A stretch of 64,000 nucleotides of DNA from an archaeon (GTDB lineage Archaea > Undinarchaeota > CAZHTU01 > JBDRCC01): positions 19,332-83,331 of the forward strand of contig JBDRCC010000001.1 of NCBI GenBank assembly GCA_043822065.1. Direction: 5' to 3'. Each line of letters starts with the position of its first letter. The first letter of the stretch is position 1. The notes beneath the pieces are model-generated. The model ran no database searches. It was not told where the DNA came from and saw only the letters and a program-made list of their open reading frames with translations. Shown piece by piece: positions 18,174-26,626 of this stretch. Both the position numbers and the translations under genes were made by a program.

Positions 18174-18275
18174 CTTTATAGTTCTGAGCGGAGCGAAGAC
18201 TAAGGTAGTTTTCTTTTTCGTCGACGTTTTTCTTTTTCTAAAAGAAAAAGGCCGTGAGAATCCCACCCGGAGCGC
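18155..18275 (+). mobile_element. Miniature element bounded by a 17-bp (16/17) repeat of the tRNA-Arg(TCT) 3' end
   Basis: AATCCCGCCCGGAGCGC (18155-18171) and AATCCCACCCGGAGCGC (18259-18275); hairpin 18227-18249 related to 9352-9374. Confidence 0.65.
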
Positions 18276-18280
18276 TTATT

Positions 18281-18961
18281 TTATTCAGAGGCGCCGAATG
18301 TGTTTTGAGTATTTTTTGCTGGCGGCTTTTTTTCAGTAGGTGCAGGCTTTGCCTTTTCAGGCTCCTCCTCGTCCATGCCGCCGAAGCTACCAAAGTCATC
18401 TTTTTCCACTGCCCCTGGCAACGGCTCCTCAGTTTTTGGAGCCGGGAGAACCTTGGTCACTATGAACTCCACGCCGAAATAGAAAATGACGAAGAAAAGC
18501 AGGATGCCGACAAGGGTCGGTATCGTGTCTACCGGGCGGATGAGGTAGGGTGAGTAAATGAACGGGGTGAACACTATCAGGAAGTAGGACACCTCGCGTA
18601 TTCGCCCTATCGCCTTCGCGACCTCACGCCCCTGGATTGCCATACGCATTATGATTAGCCCGTAGATGAGCATTGCAACTGCAACGCCGACCTTGAACGC
18701 GACGAGGGGAGTTATCCTGGCGATGTTGAGCCGCGAGAACATTGTCCTAATCCAGTCAATCCCTACCCACAGGGCAGTAAGCCCGTTTGCGGCGGCGTTG
18801 CCCAAGTCGGTCCCCCTCCGCTCCTGGTAGTAGTCGTTGACAATCCAGTTTAGGTATACTGGGATAAGTATCCAAAGCATCTCCGGGTTGTCGTATGGGC
18901 CGTAAACAAAGACCTTCCAAAGCCCCTGGGGGATGAGAATGAGGAACTCTACAAATTCCAT
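18281..18961 (-). CDS. Hypothetical multi-pass membrane protein
   Basis: 226-aa ORF with host-like composition, several TM segments and a charged low-complexity C-terminus. Confidence 0.7.
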   Translation of the reverse strand: MEFVEFLILIPQGLWKVFVYGPYDNPEMLWILIPVYLNWIVNDYYQERRGTDLGNAAANGLTALWVGIDWIRTMFSRLNIARITPLVAFKVGVAVAMLIYGLIIMRMAIQGREVAKAIGRIREVSYFLIVFTPFIYSPYLIRPVDTIPTLVGILLFFVIFYFGVEFIVTKVLPAPKTEEPLPGAVEKDDFGSFGGMDEEEPEKAKPAPTEKKPPAKNTQNTFGASE

Positions 18962-19006
18962 CGTGCAGGTAACCGTTTTATACTTAATATTCTTTTCTAC
19001 CTATAC

Positions 19007-19597
19007 ATGAACTTCATTAAGGCAAGCCTCTCAAAGATGAGGCGGTACAGGAAGATTTCAGCAGTTGACGAGATATCCAGGCGCTACTTTGTTATGAACG
19101 GCTTCGACGGCGCCCTCGTGACGCTTGGCGTGATAATGGGCTCGTATTTCTCCGGTGTCCATGACGCGTATCTCATAATCGGCGCAGTTTTGGGCGGGGC
19201 GCTTGCGATGGCGCTCTCTGGGGCATCCGGTGCGTTCTTCACGGAAAGGGCGGAGCGGAGGTTCAAGCTCAGGAGGATTGAGCGCGCGATGCTCACGAAG
19301 CTCAAGGACACCCAGCACGGCAGGGCATCGGTTTTTGCGTACTACTGGACTGCATTCATAAACAGTTCATCGTCGGCAGCGGCTTCAGTCATCATACTTA
19401 TACCAATCATGCTGAACGCAGCGGGCTTAGTCCAGATTTCTACGGCAGTGTACGGCTCCATTGGAATTGCATTTGCAATGATTTTCGCACTTGGCGTCTA
19501 CCTTGCCAAGCTATCGAAGGATAATGCAGTCGCACAGGGGCTTAAGATGGTGTTTGTCGGGCTAATCTGCGCGGGGATTATTCTTCTTTTTGCCTGA
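19007..19597 (+). CDS. VIT1/CCC1-like membrane protein
   Basis: RRYFVMNGFDG...ALAMALSGASGAFFTERAER pattern. Confidence 0.8.
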   Translation: MNFIKASLSKMRRYRKISAVDEISRRYFVMNGFDGALVTLGVIMGSYFSGVHDAYLIIGAVLGGALAMALSGASGAFFTERAERRFKLRRIERAMLTKLKDTQHGRASVFAYYWTAFINSSSSAAASVIILIPIMLNAAGLVQISTAVYGSIGIAFAMIFALGVYLAKLSKDNAVAQGLKMVFVGLICAGIILLFA

Positions 19598-19862
19598 GAA
19601 TGCTGTTGTTGAGGCCGATTTCGTACCAGGACCATGCCCAGATTATCGCCTCGAATGAGTTTACGTAATCGCCCTTTTCCATGAAGTGCTTGCAGTCGTG
19701 GACGTAGGCTAATATGTTTGCCATGAATTCGCCGCCCTTCTCCCCCATCGGCTCGATGCCGGGAAGCAGGGGCTCGAGCTTGTCAAGCCATTTGAGTATC
19801 TCTTCCTTGGTGACCCTGTCCTTTATCTTTGCCCCGGTTTCGCTTTTAAATCCAGCGCCCAT
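19578..19862 (-). CDS. DUF357-family protein
   Basis: NILAYVHDCKHFMEKGDYVNSFEAIIWAWSWYEIG; start shortened to avoid overlap with cca. Confidence 0.75.
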   Translation of the reverse strand: MGAGFKSETGAKIKDRVTKEEILKWLDKLEPLLPGIEPMGEKGGEFMANILAYVHDCKHFMEKGDYVNSFEAIIWAWSWYEIGLNNSILRQKEE

Positions 19863-19872
19863 ATAGGGTAGT

Positions 19873-21165
19873 ATGAAAGAAGTCTTAGATAAGATTACCC
19901 CTTCCAAAGAGGAGCGGGAGAGGGTCCACAGGCTTGCGCAGGAGATGGTCGCGGAGATACGGAAGCTTGGCTACCATGCAGAGGTGATGGGCTCAATCGC
20001 GAAGGAGACCTGGGTCTCAGGCGAGGCTGACATCGACATATTTGTTTTCTTCAGCCAGAAGACGACAAAGCAGGAGCTAGAAAGGAAAGGCCTGGAGCTC
20101 GGGAAGAAAATATTCAAGAAGCTCGGGGGGAGCTTTGAGATTGGGTTTGCCGAGCACCCTTACGTCAAGGGCGAGATAAGGGGAATAGGCGCGGACATTG
20201 TACCTTGCTACAAGCTCAAGAAGGTCGAGATAAAGAGCGCGGTGGACCGGACGCCGTTCCACACGCATTACGTCAACAAAAGGCTGAAGAAGCCCCAGAG
20301 GAAAGAAGTCCTCCTGCTCAAGCAGTTCTGCCGCGGGCAGGAGATATACGGCTCCGAGCTGAAGACGGAGGGGCTTTCCGGCTACCTCTGCGAGATTCTC
20401 ATACTCAGGTACGGGACGTTCTCAGACTGCATCGACGCGATTTCGAAGTGGAAGGAGGGCAAGATAATAGACATTGAGGAGCATTACCTCAAGGACGAAG
20501 CCGAAAAGCTCAGGCAGCAGTTCAGGGCCCCGCTGATAGCCATAGACCCTGTCGACCTGAACAGGAACGTTGCCGCGGTGCTAAGCAGGAAGAACCTGCT
20601 CAAACTGATAAAAGCTGCAAAGGGGTACAGGCAGAAGCCGTCTGAAAAGTTCTTTTTCCAGGGAAGGGTTGAGCCCATGAGCCCAAGGAGAATAAAGGGC
20701 TGCATGTTTGTCGTCTTCCCGCGGGAAAAGGTGCTTGACGACATAATCTACCCGCAGATGAGGTCGACTGCCAAGAAGATATCCACCGCGCTCATGATTA
20801 ACGGGTTTGAGGTGCTGAAGGAGGGCGCCTGGGCGAACGGGAGCTGCGTCCTTGTGTTCAGGCTCAAGTCTGCAAGGATTCCAAAGAAGTACAAGCACTA
20901 CGGCCCCCCGCTTGAGATGAAGGAGCACACCGCAAGGTTCCGGAAGAAGTACAAGTCTGTGAAAAAGGAAGGAAAGCGGCTTGTCGTCCTGAGGGAAAGG
21001 AAGTACCAGGAGGCTGACGCCTTCCTTAAGGCTTACCTGAGGAAGGAAAAAGGCATCGCAAGCCACCTTGACGCAAAAAAGGCGAAGATGGTAACGGATG
21101 CCAAAAGCATTTTCAGGGAGGATTTCGGCCAGTGGCTCACAAAGTGGTACAATGAAAAAGACTAA
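19873..21165 (+). CDS. cca: Archaeal CCA-adding enzyme (class I)
   Basis: GSIAKETWVSGEADIDIF, AEHPYV, DIVPCY, SAVDRTPFH, GLSGYLCE, IDPVD..RNVAA. Confidence 0.95.
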   Translation: MKEVLDKITPSKEERERVHRLAQEMVAEIRKLGYHAEVMGSIAKETWVSGEADIDIFVFFSQKTTKQELERKGLELGKKIFKKLGGSFEIGFAEHPYVKGEIRGIGADIVPCYKLKKVEIKSAVDRTPFHTHYVNKRLKKPQRKEVLLLKQFCRGQEIYGSELKTEGLSGYLCEILILRYGTFSDCIDAISKWKEGKIIDIEEHYLKDEAEKLRQQFRAPLIAIDPVDLNRNVAAVLSRKNLLKLIKAAKGYRQKPSEKFFFQGRVEPMSPRRIKGCMFVVFPREKVLDDIIYPQMRSTAKKISTALMINGFEVLKEGAWANGSCVLVFRLKSARIPKKYKHYGPPLEMKEHTARFRKKYKSVKKEGKRLVVLRERKYQEADAFLKAYLRKEKGIASHLDAKKAKMVTDAKSIFREDFGQWLTKWYNEKD

Positions 21166-21625
21166 TAAAATGAAGCTTGCTGGCAAATGCCCGGTCTGCG
21201 GAAGCGACCTTGAGTACAGCTGGAGCGAAGAGAACATACCCTACTTTGGAAACATACTCATAACCCTGCTCAAGTGCAAGTGCGGGTACAAGTCGTCGGA
21301 CGCCATCTCAACTGATGAAAAGGCGCCCTACCACGGAGAGCTGAAGGTCTCGAAAAAGACACTGAACACTAGGATAGTGAAATCGAGCACGGGAAACGTC
21401 AGAATCCCTGAGCTCGGGGTGGACATCAGCTCAGGCCCCGCATCTGAAGGATACGTCAGCAATGCGGAGGGTGTGTTGAACAGGATAGAAGAGGCGATAG
21501 GGAGCAGGAGGGGCGGGGCGAAAGTGAAGAAGATGATGGCTGACGTAAGGGCTGGAAAAAAGACAGTTACCCTGATAATCGACGATCCCAAGGGGAACTC
21601 TTTCATCGTGAAGGCTGAGAGATAA
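21152..21625 (+). CDS. ZPR1 zinc-finger protein
   Basis: CPVCG, IPYFG, CKCGYK, IPELG...GPASEGYVSNAEG, DDPKGNS. Confidence 0.88.
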   Translation: MKKTNKMKLAGKCPVCGSDLEYSWSEENIPYFGNILITLLKCKCGYKSSDAISTDEKAPYHGELKVSKKTLNTRIVKSSTGNVRIPELGVDISSGPASEGYVSNAEGVLNRIEEAIGSRRGGAKVKKMMADVRAGKKTVTLIIDDPKGNSFIVKAER

Positions 21626-21878
21626 TTCGTTCAATTTCTGCCTTTTTCGACATATTGAGGTAGTAGGCGTCGCCGTGACGGGTTTTTCCATAACAGCAGA
21701 CAAGACGCTGCTGCATCAGGTCGTGAAGGACGTACTTTACATAGCCCCTCAGGTGCGCATCAATGCCGGATTGGAGCCGTTCGAATAATAGATGACCTTT
21801 CCCCCATGCCGTTTCGCGGTAAAGCCTCCTAAGGACCGCCTTCCGGATTTCATTGTAATTCTCTGGCGAGATTCCCAT
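21603..21878 (-). CDS. Small hypothetical protein, winged-helix-like
   Basis: 91-aa ORF, helical N-part and a C-terminal wing-like hairpin (KTRHGDAYYLN). Confidence 0.55.
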   Translation of the reverse strand: MGISPENYNEIRKAVLRRLYRETAWGKGHLLFERLQSGIDAHLRGYVKYVLHDLMQQRLVCCYGKTRHGDAYYLNMSKKAEIERIISQPSR

Positions 21879-21992
21879 AAAATCACTGGCGGGTTTGTTT
21901 GTATTTAAAGTTTCCTGAAGAGACTTTCTAAAAATAGCCGCTACGGGCTAAAAATAGAAAAGCTTATAAATTCTGAAACCTAAGTATGAAGC

Positions 21993-22337
21993 ATGAGTGA
22001 AGTGCCCGAATCAATATTCATAGAAACCTTCGGCAATTCGCCGATGAACAGGGTGCTTGATTTTTTAGTCACCTATGAGGGGTTTGACTACTCCATGACG
22101 CAGATTGCCGAGTATTCTGAAATCGGATACGCCACCTTAAAACTGTTCTGGAAGAACCTCGAAGAGAACGGAATAGTGAAGATGACGAGGAAGGTCGGGA
22201 ACGCAAAGATGTACAAACTGAACCTTGATAGTCCCGTCGTCCAGAAGTTCTGGGATTTCTACTGGGCAGTCGCCAAAATCAAGACTGATGATTACTTCAG
22301 GAAAGAGGGGCTCCTCCAAGCCGCCAAAAAGGTTTAA
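21993..22337 (+). CDS. Winged helix-turn-helix protein
   Basis: DYSMTQIAEYSEIGYATL...LEENGIVKMTRKVGNAKMYKLN; TATA-like TTATAAA about 25 nt upstream. Confidence 0.75.
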   Translation: MSEVPESIFIETFGNSPMNRVLDFLVTYEGFDYSMTQIAEYSEIGYATLKLFWKNLEENGIVKMTRKVGNAKMYKLNLDSPVVQKFWDFYWAVAKIKTDDYFRKEGLLQAAKKV

Positions 22338-22360
22338 ATCCCACGAGGGTTAGTTTTCTT

Positions 22361-23623
22361 ATGAAGTCCTCAAAAATATCCGGGTTCTACAAGCTCCCAA
22401 TAGGGGAGCGGCTGAGGATTGTAAAGGAGTTTGCCGGGCTGTCTGACGAGGAGGCCGGGCTGCTGGCGAAGGCGTCGGCGCTTCCCTTTGAGACTGCGGA
22501 CAGGATGGTGGAGAATGCGCTTGGCTCATTCCCGCTGCCGCTCGGGGTTGCAGTGAATTTTACAGTAAACGGCAGGGACTACCTTATCCCAATGGCGACT
22601 GAAGAGCCGTCCGTGATTGCAGCCGCGTCGAATGCTGCAAAGATTGCCAGTGCAAATGGCGGGTTCAAGGCGAAGGCTGACGCGCCCGTGATGATAGGGC
22701 AGGTCCAGGTCACCGGGCTGAAGAGCCTTGCCGCTGCGAAGCGGAAGATACTCGCATCCAAAACGGAAATAATCAAAGCCTGCAACGAGAAGGACCCGAT
22801 GCTCGTCAAGTTCGGCGGCGGGTGCAAGGGCGTAGAGGTCAGGATGTTTGAAAAGGAGAAGATGCTCGTTGTCCACCTGCTTGTGGACTGCAGGGACGCG
22901 ATGGGCGCGAACGCGGTAAACACGATGGCAGAAGCGGTTTCGCCGCTGATTGAGAAATTGTCCGGCGGGAGAGTCTACCTCCGGATACTGTCGAATTATG
23001 CTGACAAAAGGCTTGTCCGCGCAGAAGCAGTCTTCGGCAAGGAGGCGCTCGGCGGAAAGGACTCTGTCGACGGGATAATCTGGGCGTACAAGTTTGCAAA
23101 GGCAGACCCCTACCGGGCGGCGACGCACAACAAGGGGATAATGAACGGCATTTCGGCAGCCATAATCGCAACCGGGAACGACTTCAGGGCAATCGAAGCC
23201 GGGGCGCACGCCTTTGCCTCAAAGAGCGGGAAGTACATGCCGCTGACAAGGTATGAAAAGACAAAAAGCGGGGACCTTAAGGGGTATATCGAAATACCGA
23301 TGGCGGTCGGAACAGTGGGCGGGGCGACGAAGGTCCACCCTGTCGCGAAGGTCAACATGAAGATTCTTGGGGTTAAGTCCGCCACCGAGCTGGCAGAGGT
23401 CATTGCATCGCTTGGGCTTGCACAGAACCTGGCCGCGCTCAGGGCGCTGGCGAACGAGGGCATCCAGCGGGGGCACATGGGCCTGCACGCGAGGAATGTC
23501 GCCGCCACGGCCGGCGCGAAGGGGAAGGACATAGACAGGATTGCAGAGCTGATGATTAAGGAGAAAAATATCAGCATAGAGCGGGCAACGAAACTGCTTG
23601 AGAGTTCTAGTCGACTGCAATGA
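22361..23623 (+). CDS. HMG-CoA reductase, class II
   Basis: MVENALG, PMATEEPSVIAA, DAMGAN, ATHNKGIMNG, NDFRAIEAG, GIQRGHMGLH. Confidence 0.93.
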   Translation: MKSSKISGFYKLPIGERLRIVKEFAGLSDEEAGLLAKASALPFETADRMVENALGSFPLPLGVAVNFTVNGRDYLIPMATEEPSVIAAASNAAKIASANGGFKAKADAPVMIGQVQVTGLKSLAAAKRKILASKTEIIKACNEKDPMLVKFGGGCKGVEVRMFEKEKMLVVHLLVDCRDAMGANAVNTMAEAVSPLIEKLSGGRVYLRILSNYADKRLVRAEAVFGKEALGGKDSVDGIIWAYKFAKADPYRAATHNKGIMNGISAAIIATGNDFRAIEAGAHAFASKSGKYMPLTRYEKTKSGDLKGYIEIPMAVGTVGGATKVHPVAKVNMKILGVKSATELAEVIASLGLAQNLAALRALANEGIQRGHMGLHARNVAATAGAKGKDIDRIAELMIKEKNISIERATKLLESSSRLQ

Positions 23624-23638
23624 GAGGATTTTTCTGAC

Positions 23639-23776
23639 AATTAGTATACTAAACATATCACACGTTTTTTTATAGTAATACATCCTAAATAAACGCTACA
23701 CTCTAAAAAAATAGATATTTTGTATACTATCGATATATGAAAAAATATATAAATTAGTATACTAAATTGTATACAA
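23639..23776. promoter_or_regulatory. Repeated palindromic operator-like sites upstream of the Fic gene
   Basis: AATTAGTATACTAAA at 23639-23653 and 23752-23766 (core palindrome TTAGTATACTAA), plus TTGTATACAA at 23767-23776. Confidence 0.55.
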
Positions 23777-23801
23777 AACAATTAATCTTATTAAAAAGAC
23801 G

Positions 23802-24854
23802 ATGAGACACATAGTTAAGAAAAATATTAGCGGAAACGAGTATTATTATTTTCAACTCAAGCTAGCGTCGATAGACCCAAAAAAGGAGCCGTATCTGTAC
23901 AGCAAGTACATTGGCGAGTATTTGCCGTCAGAGTCTGTTCTAAAAAACTTTTTAATGAAGCGGGCGGAAGATTTGGCGATAATTACTGCGAGTAACCTTG
24001 GTAAGGGCATACGTACATATTTCAGAAATGGACCGGATATTAAAGAAGTAGAAAGGGATAGATGGTGGTTTTATTTTATTAACAATTACGATCTTTTTGA
24101 GGATCAAAATTCTACGTATCAGTCATTATTTGCCATACTATTTACGCTCCATACAAATGTAATAGAGGGCTCCAAAATGAGACAAGACGATATTATCGCC
24201 ATGACTAGTGACTCCCGGAAGAAAGTAGTCACCTTCGAAGAGAAAGAGGTCACAAATACCCTGGATGCACTCAAGTTTTCAGTTTCTAATGAAATGAAGT
24301 GGAATGTATCTTCAATAAAAAAACTTCATAGTAAGATATTGCCGGATGACCCCTTGGCCGGAAAATTTAGGATACGGGAGGTGGAGGTTGGTGATGCGAC
24401 GCGAACGCGACTGTACAATACCGTGGAACCGCAAAAAATTAGAAAAGAACTTAGAGAGTTACTTTACTGGTTCAACAGGGAACATAACAAGGTATATCCT
24501 CCTCAACTAGCTCTTGAATTCCATTGGAGATTTGAGAGAATCCACCCATTTCAAGATGGAAATGGGCGAGTAGGGAGATTACTGCTAAATAGAATACTAA
24601 TTGAGCACCACTTCATGCCAGTGATTTTCTTTTCGGAAAACGTTAGACAGTATTACGATGCAATAGCGCAAGCTAGAAACGGTAATTCTAGCAAGTTAGC
24701 TACGTTTTTCCTTAGGCAAAATAAAAAAACAAAGGAAGCCATGGAGCGTTTTAAAAGGGAAGGTATTGTCTCAGGACGGCGCTCTAGGATAGGTAGATGG
24801 ACGATTAAAAGAGGAAAAACACCGAAAGAGTACGACGTAGAGGCCGAGGAATAA
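23802..24854 (+). CDS. Fic-domain protein
   Basis: Canonical HPFQDGNGRVGR; TNVIEGS matches the inhibitory-helix motif; AT-rich relative to flanks. Confidence 0.9.
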   Translation: MRHIVKKNISGNEYYYFQLKLASIDPKKEPYLYSKYIGEYLPSESVLKNFLMKRAEDLAIITASNLGKGIRTYFRNGPDIKEVERDRWWFYFINNYDLFEDQNSTYQSLFAILFTLHTNVIEGSKMRQDDIIAMTSDSRKKVVTFEEKEVTNTLDALKFSVSNEMKWNVSSIKKLHSKILPDDPLAGKFRIREVEVGDATRTRLYNTVEPQKIRKELRELLYWFNREHNKVYPPQLALEFHWRFERIHPFQDGNGRVGRLLLNRILIEHHFMPVIFFSENVRQYYDAIAQARNGNSSKLATFFLRQNKKTKEAMERFKREGIVSGRRSRIGRWTIKRGKTPKEYDVEAEE

Positions 24855-24882
24855 TCTAACTTTTTGACATAAAGTTTAATGT

Positions 24883-26544
24883 TTACTTCTGGCCTAAGTA
24901 CAGCTGGTCGATATAGCTAAGGTCGCTGCAGTCCTCCGGCTTCCGGTCGTCCCTGAGGCAGACGAGCCGAGGAAAGCGGAGGGCGTAGCCTGACGAGTAT
25001 GTCGGAGATTTCTGTATCTCCTCGTAAGCGATTTCAAAGACAACTTCCGGCTTGATTTCAATCTTCTGGCCTTTCTCCGAGATTGCCAGGGGCTTGAGGA
25101 GCGCGGTCAGCTCCCTGAACTGGTCGTCGGACAGTCCCGTCGCCATTTTGCCGATTTCCAAAAACTCGCCGGTCTGGGCGTCCCGGCAGGCAAGGTAGAA
25201 CGAGCCGAACCAGGACGTCCTCCTCCCTTCGCCCCAGTCGGCGCCGATGACGACGAGGTCGAGGTTTTCCATTGTAGGCTTGATTTTGAGCATGTACCCG
25301 ACCCGCGAGCCAGGCTTGTACCCGGCGTCGAGGTTTTTCGCCATTATGCCCTCCTGCCTGTCCTTCAGGGCGGCGTCATAGAATTTCTGTATCTCCTTTT
25401 CATTGTCTGACACTATCTTTGTGGAGAGCCTTAGGCGGTCTGACTGTGACACAATCTTTTCAAGGGCTTCCCTGCGCCTTTTGAGCGGCTCGGAGAGGTA
25501 GTTCTTCCCGTCGAGGTAGAGGAGGTCGAATAGGTGGAGGGTGACCGGGTGGGACTTGGCTACCTCGTCGATGTCGTACTTCCGCTTTATCCGCTTTGAA
25601 AGCATCTGGAAGGGTAGCGCCTTCCCCGTCTTTGGGTCGGTGGCGACGGCTTCGCCTTCGATAATTGCGTTTTTTGCCTTGACTCCGTGCGAGACCATCT
25701 TGACTATGTCCGGGAACTGTTTTGTCACATCCTCAAGGCGGCGGGTATAAACTGTGATTTTTTTGTCAACGATGTGTATCTGGGTGCGGGCGCCGTCGAA
25801 CTTGTACTCGTACTGCGCCTTGCCTATGCGCTGGACCGCGTCCTTGATTCCATCTGCCTTCTGGGCGAGCATTACCTTGAGCGCCCTGCCTGGCTCGAGC
25901 TTGGACTTGAGGAGGCCGGGTTCCCCTGAGGACTTTGCAATCTTTGAGACCTCACTGAAGTCGTTGAGGATGTCGTATGAGTGCTGGACCGCCTGCGGCG
26001 AGACTTCGAACGCCTTTGCAATGGCGTCGCGGACTATGCCCTCGCCGACCCCAATTCTCAGGGTGCCGAGTATCGTCCTCACTATGTAGCATGCTTCCGC
26101 CGGGCTGGCGGAGGAGAGGAGCTTTGAGACGACAGCCATTTTCCTGTCCACCGACTTCGCCCCGGAGATTTCAGCAAGGCGTTTCAGTTCGGAGTGGACG
26201 CCTGCGGTGTCAAGGGTCGCAGATGCAAGCGTCTGCTGCCTTTTGAATTTAAGGAGCTCCCGCGCGGTTAGCCCGTGGTCCCCGGTCTTTTTCATGGCTT
26301 CGTCAAACTTTGCCTTTGGCGCGCCCGAGACCCGGAGGATTGCCTTCTCGACGAGCTTTGAGGCGATTCCTATCTCCTTGTCTGAGTGCGGGGGAAAGAC
26401 CCTGCCCTGGGAGAGGAGGACTACCGAGCCGAGGACTGCAGAAGGCGTTTTTGCTAGGAACTCAGCCAGTAGGGCAGTCTTTTCCAAAGTCTTTGGCGTG
26501 GACTCAAGGCGCCCGTATAAGCCTGCCAGTTCGGAGTACCGCAT
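24883..26544 (-). CDS. lig: ATP-dependent DNA ligase
   Basis: EYKFDGAR (adenylated Lys), EGEAV, FDLLY, EGIMAK, LRFPR. Confidence 0.96.
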   Translation of the reverse strand: MRYSELAGLYGRLESTPKTLEKTALLAEFLAKTPSAVLGSVVLLSQGRVFPPHSDKEIGIASKLVEKAILRVSGAPKAKFDEAMKKTGDHGLTARELLKFKRQQTLASATLDTAGVHSELKRLAEISGAKSVDRKMAVVSKLLSSASPAEACYIVRTILGTLRIGVGEGIVRDAIAKAFEVSPQAVQHSYDILNDFSEVSKIAKSSGEPGLLKSKLEPGRALKVMLAQKADGIKDAVQRIGKAQYEYKFDGARTQIHIVDKKITVYTRRLEDVTKQFPDIVKMVSHGVKAKNAIIEGEAVATDPKTGKALPFQMLSKRIKRKYDIDEVAKSHPVTLHLFDLLYLDGKNYLSEPLKRRREALEKIVSQSDRLRLSTKIVSDNEKEIQKFYDAALKDRQEGIMAKNLDAGYKPGSRVGYMLKIKPTMENLDLVVIGADWGEGRRTSWFGSFYLACRDAQTGEFLEIGKMATGLSDDQFRELTALLKPLAISEKGQKIEIKPEVVFEIAYEEIQKSPTYSSGYALRFPRLVCLRDDRKPEDCSDLSYIDQLYLGQK

Positions 26545-26626
26545 GAGCCTCTATAAGCTCAGCACGTTTTTAATGCTTTAGAGGGCAAGATAGAATTTTA
26601 AACCGGTGCTCTATTAGCATATTAAG

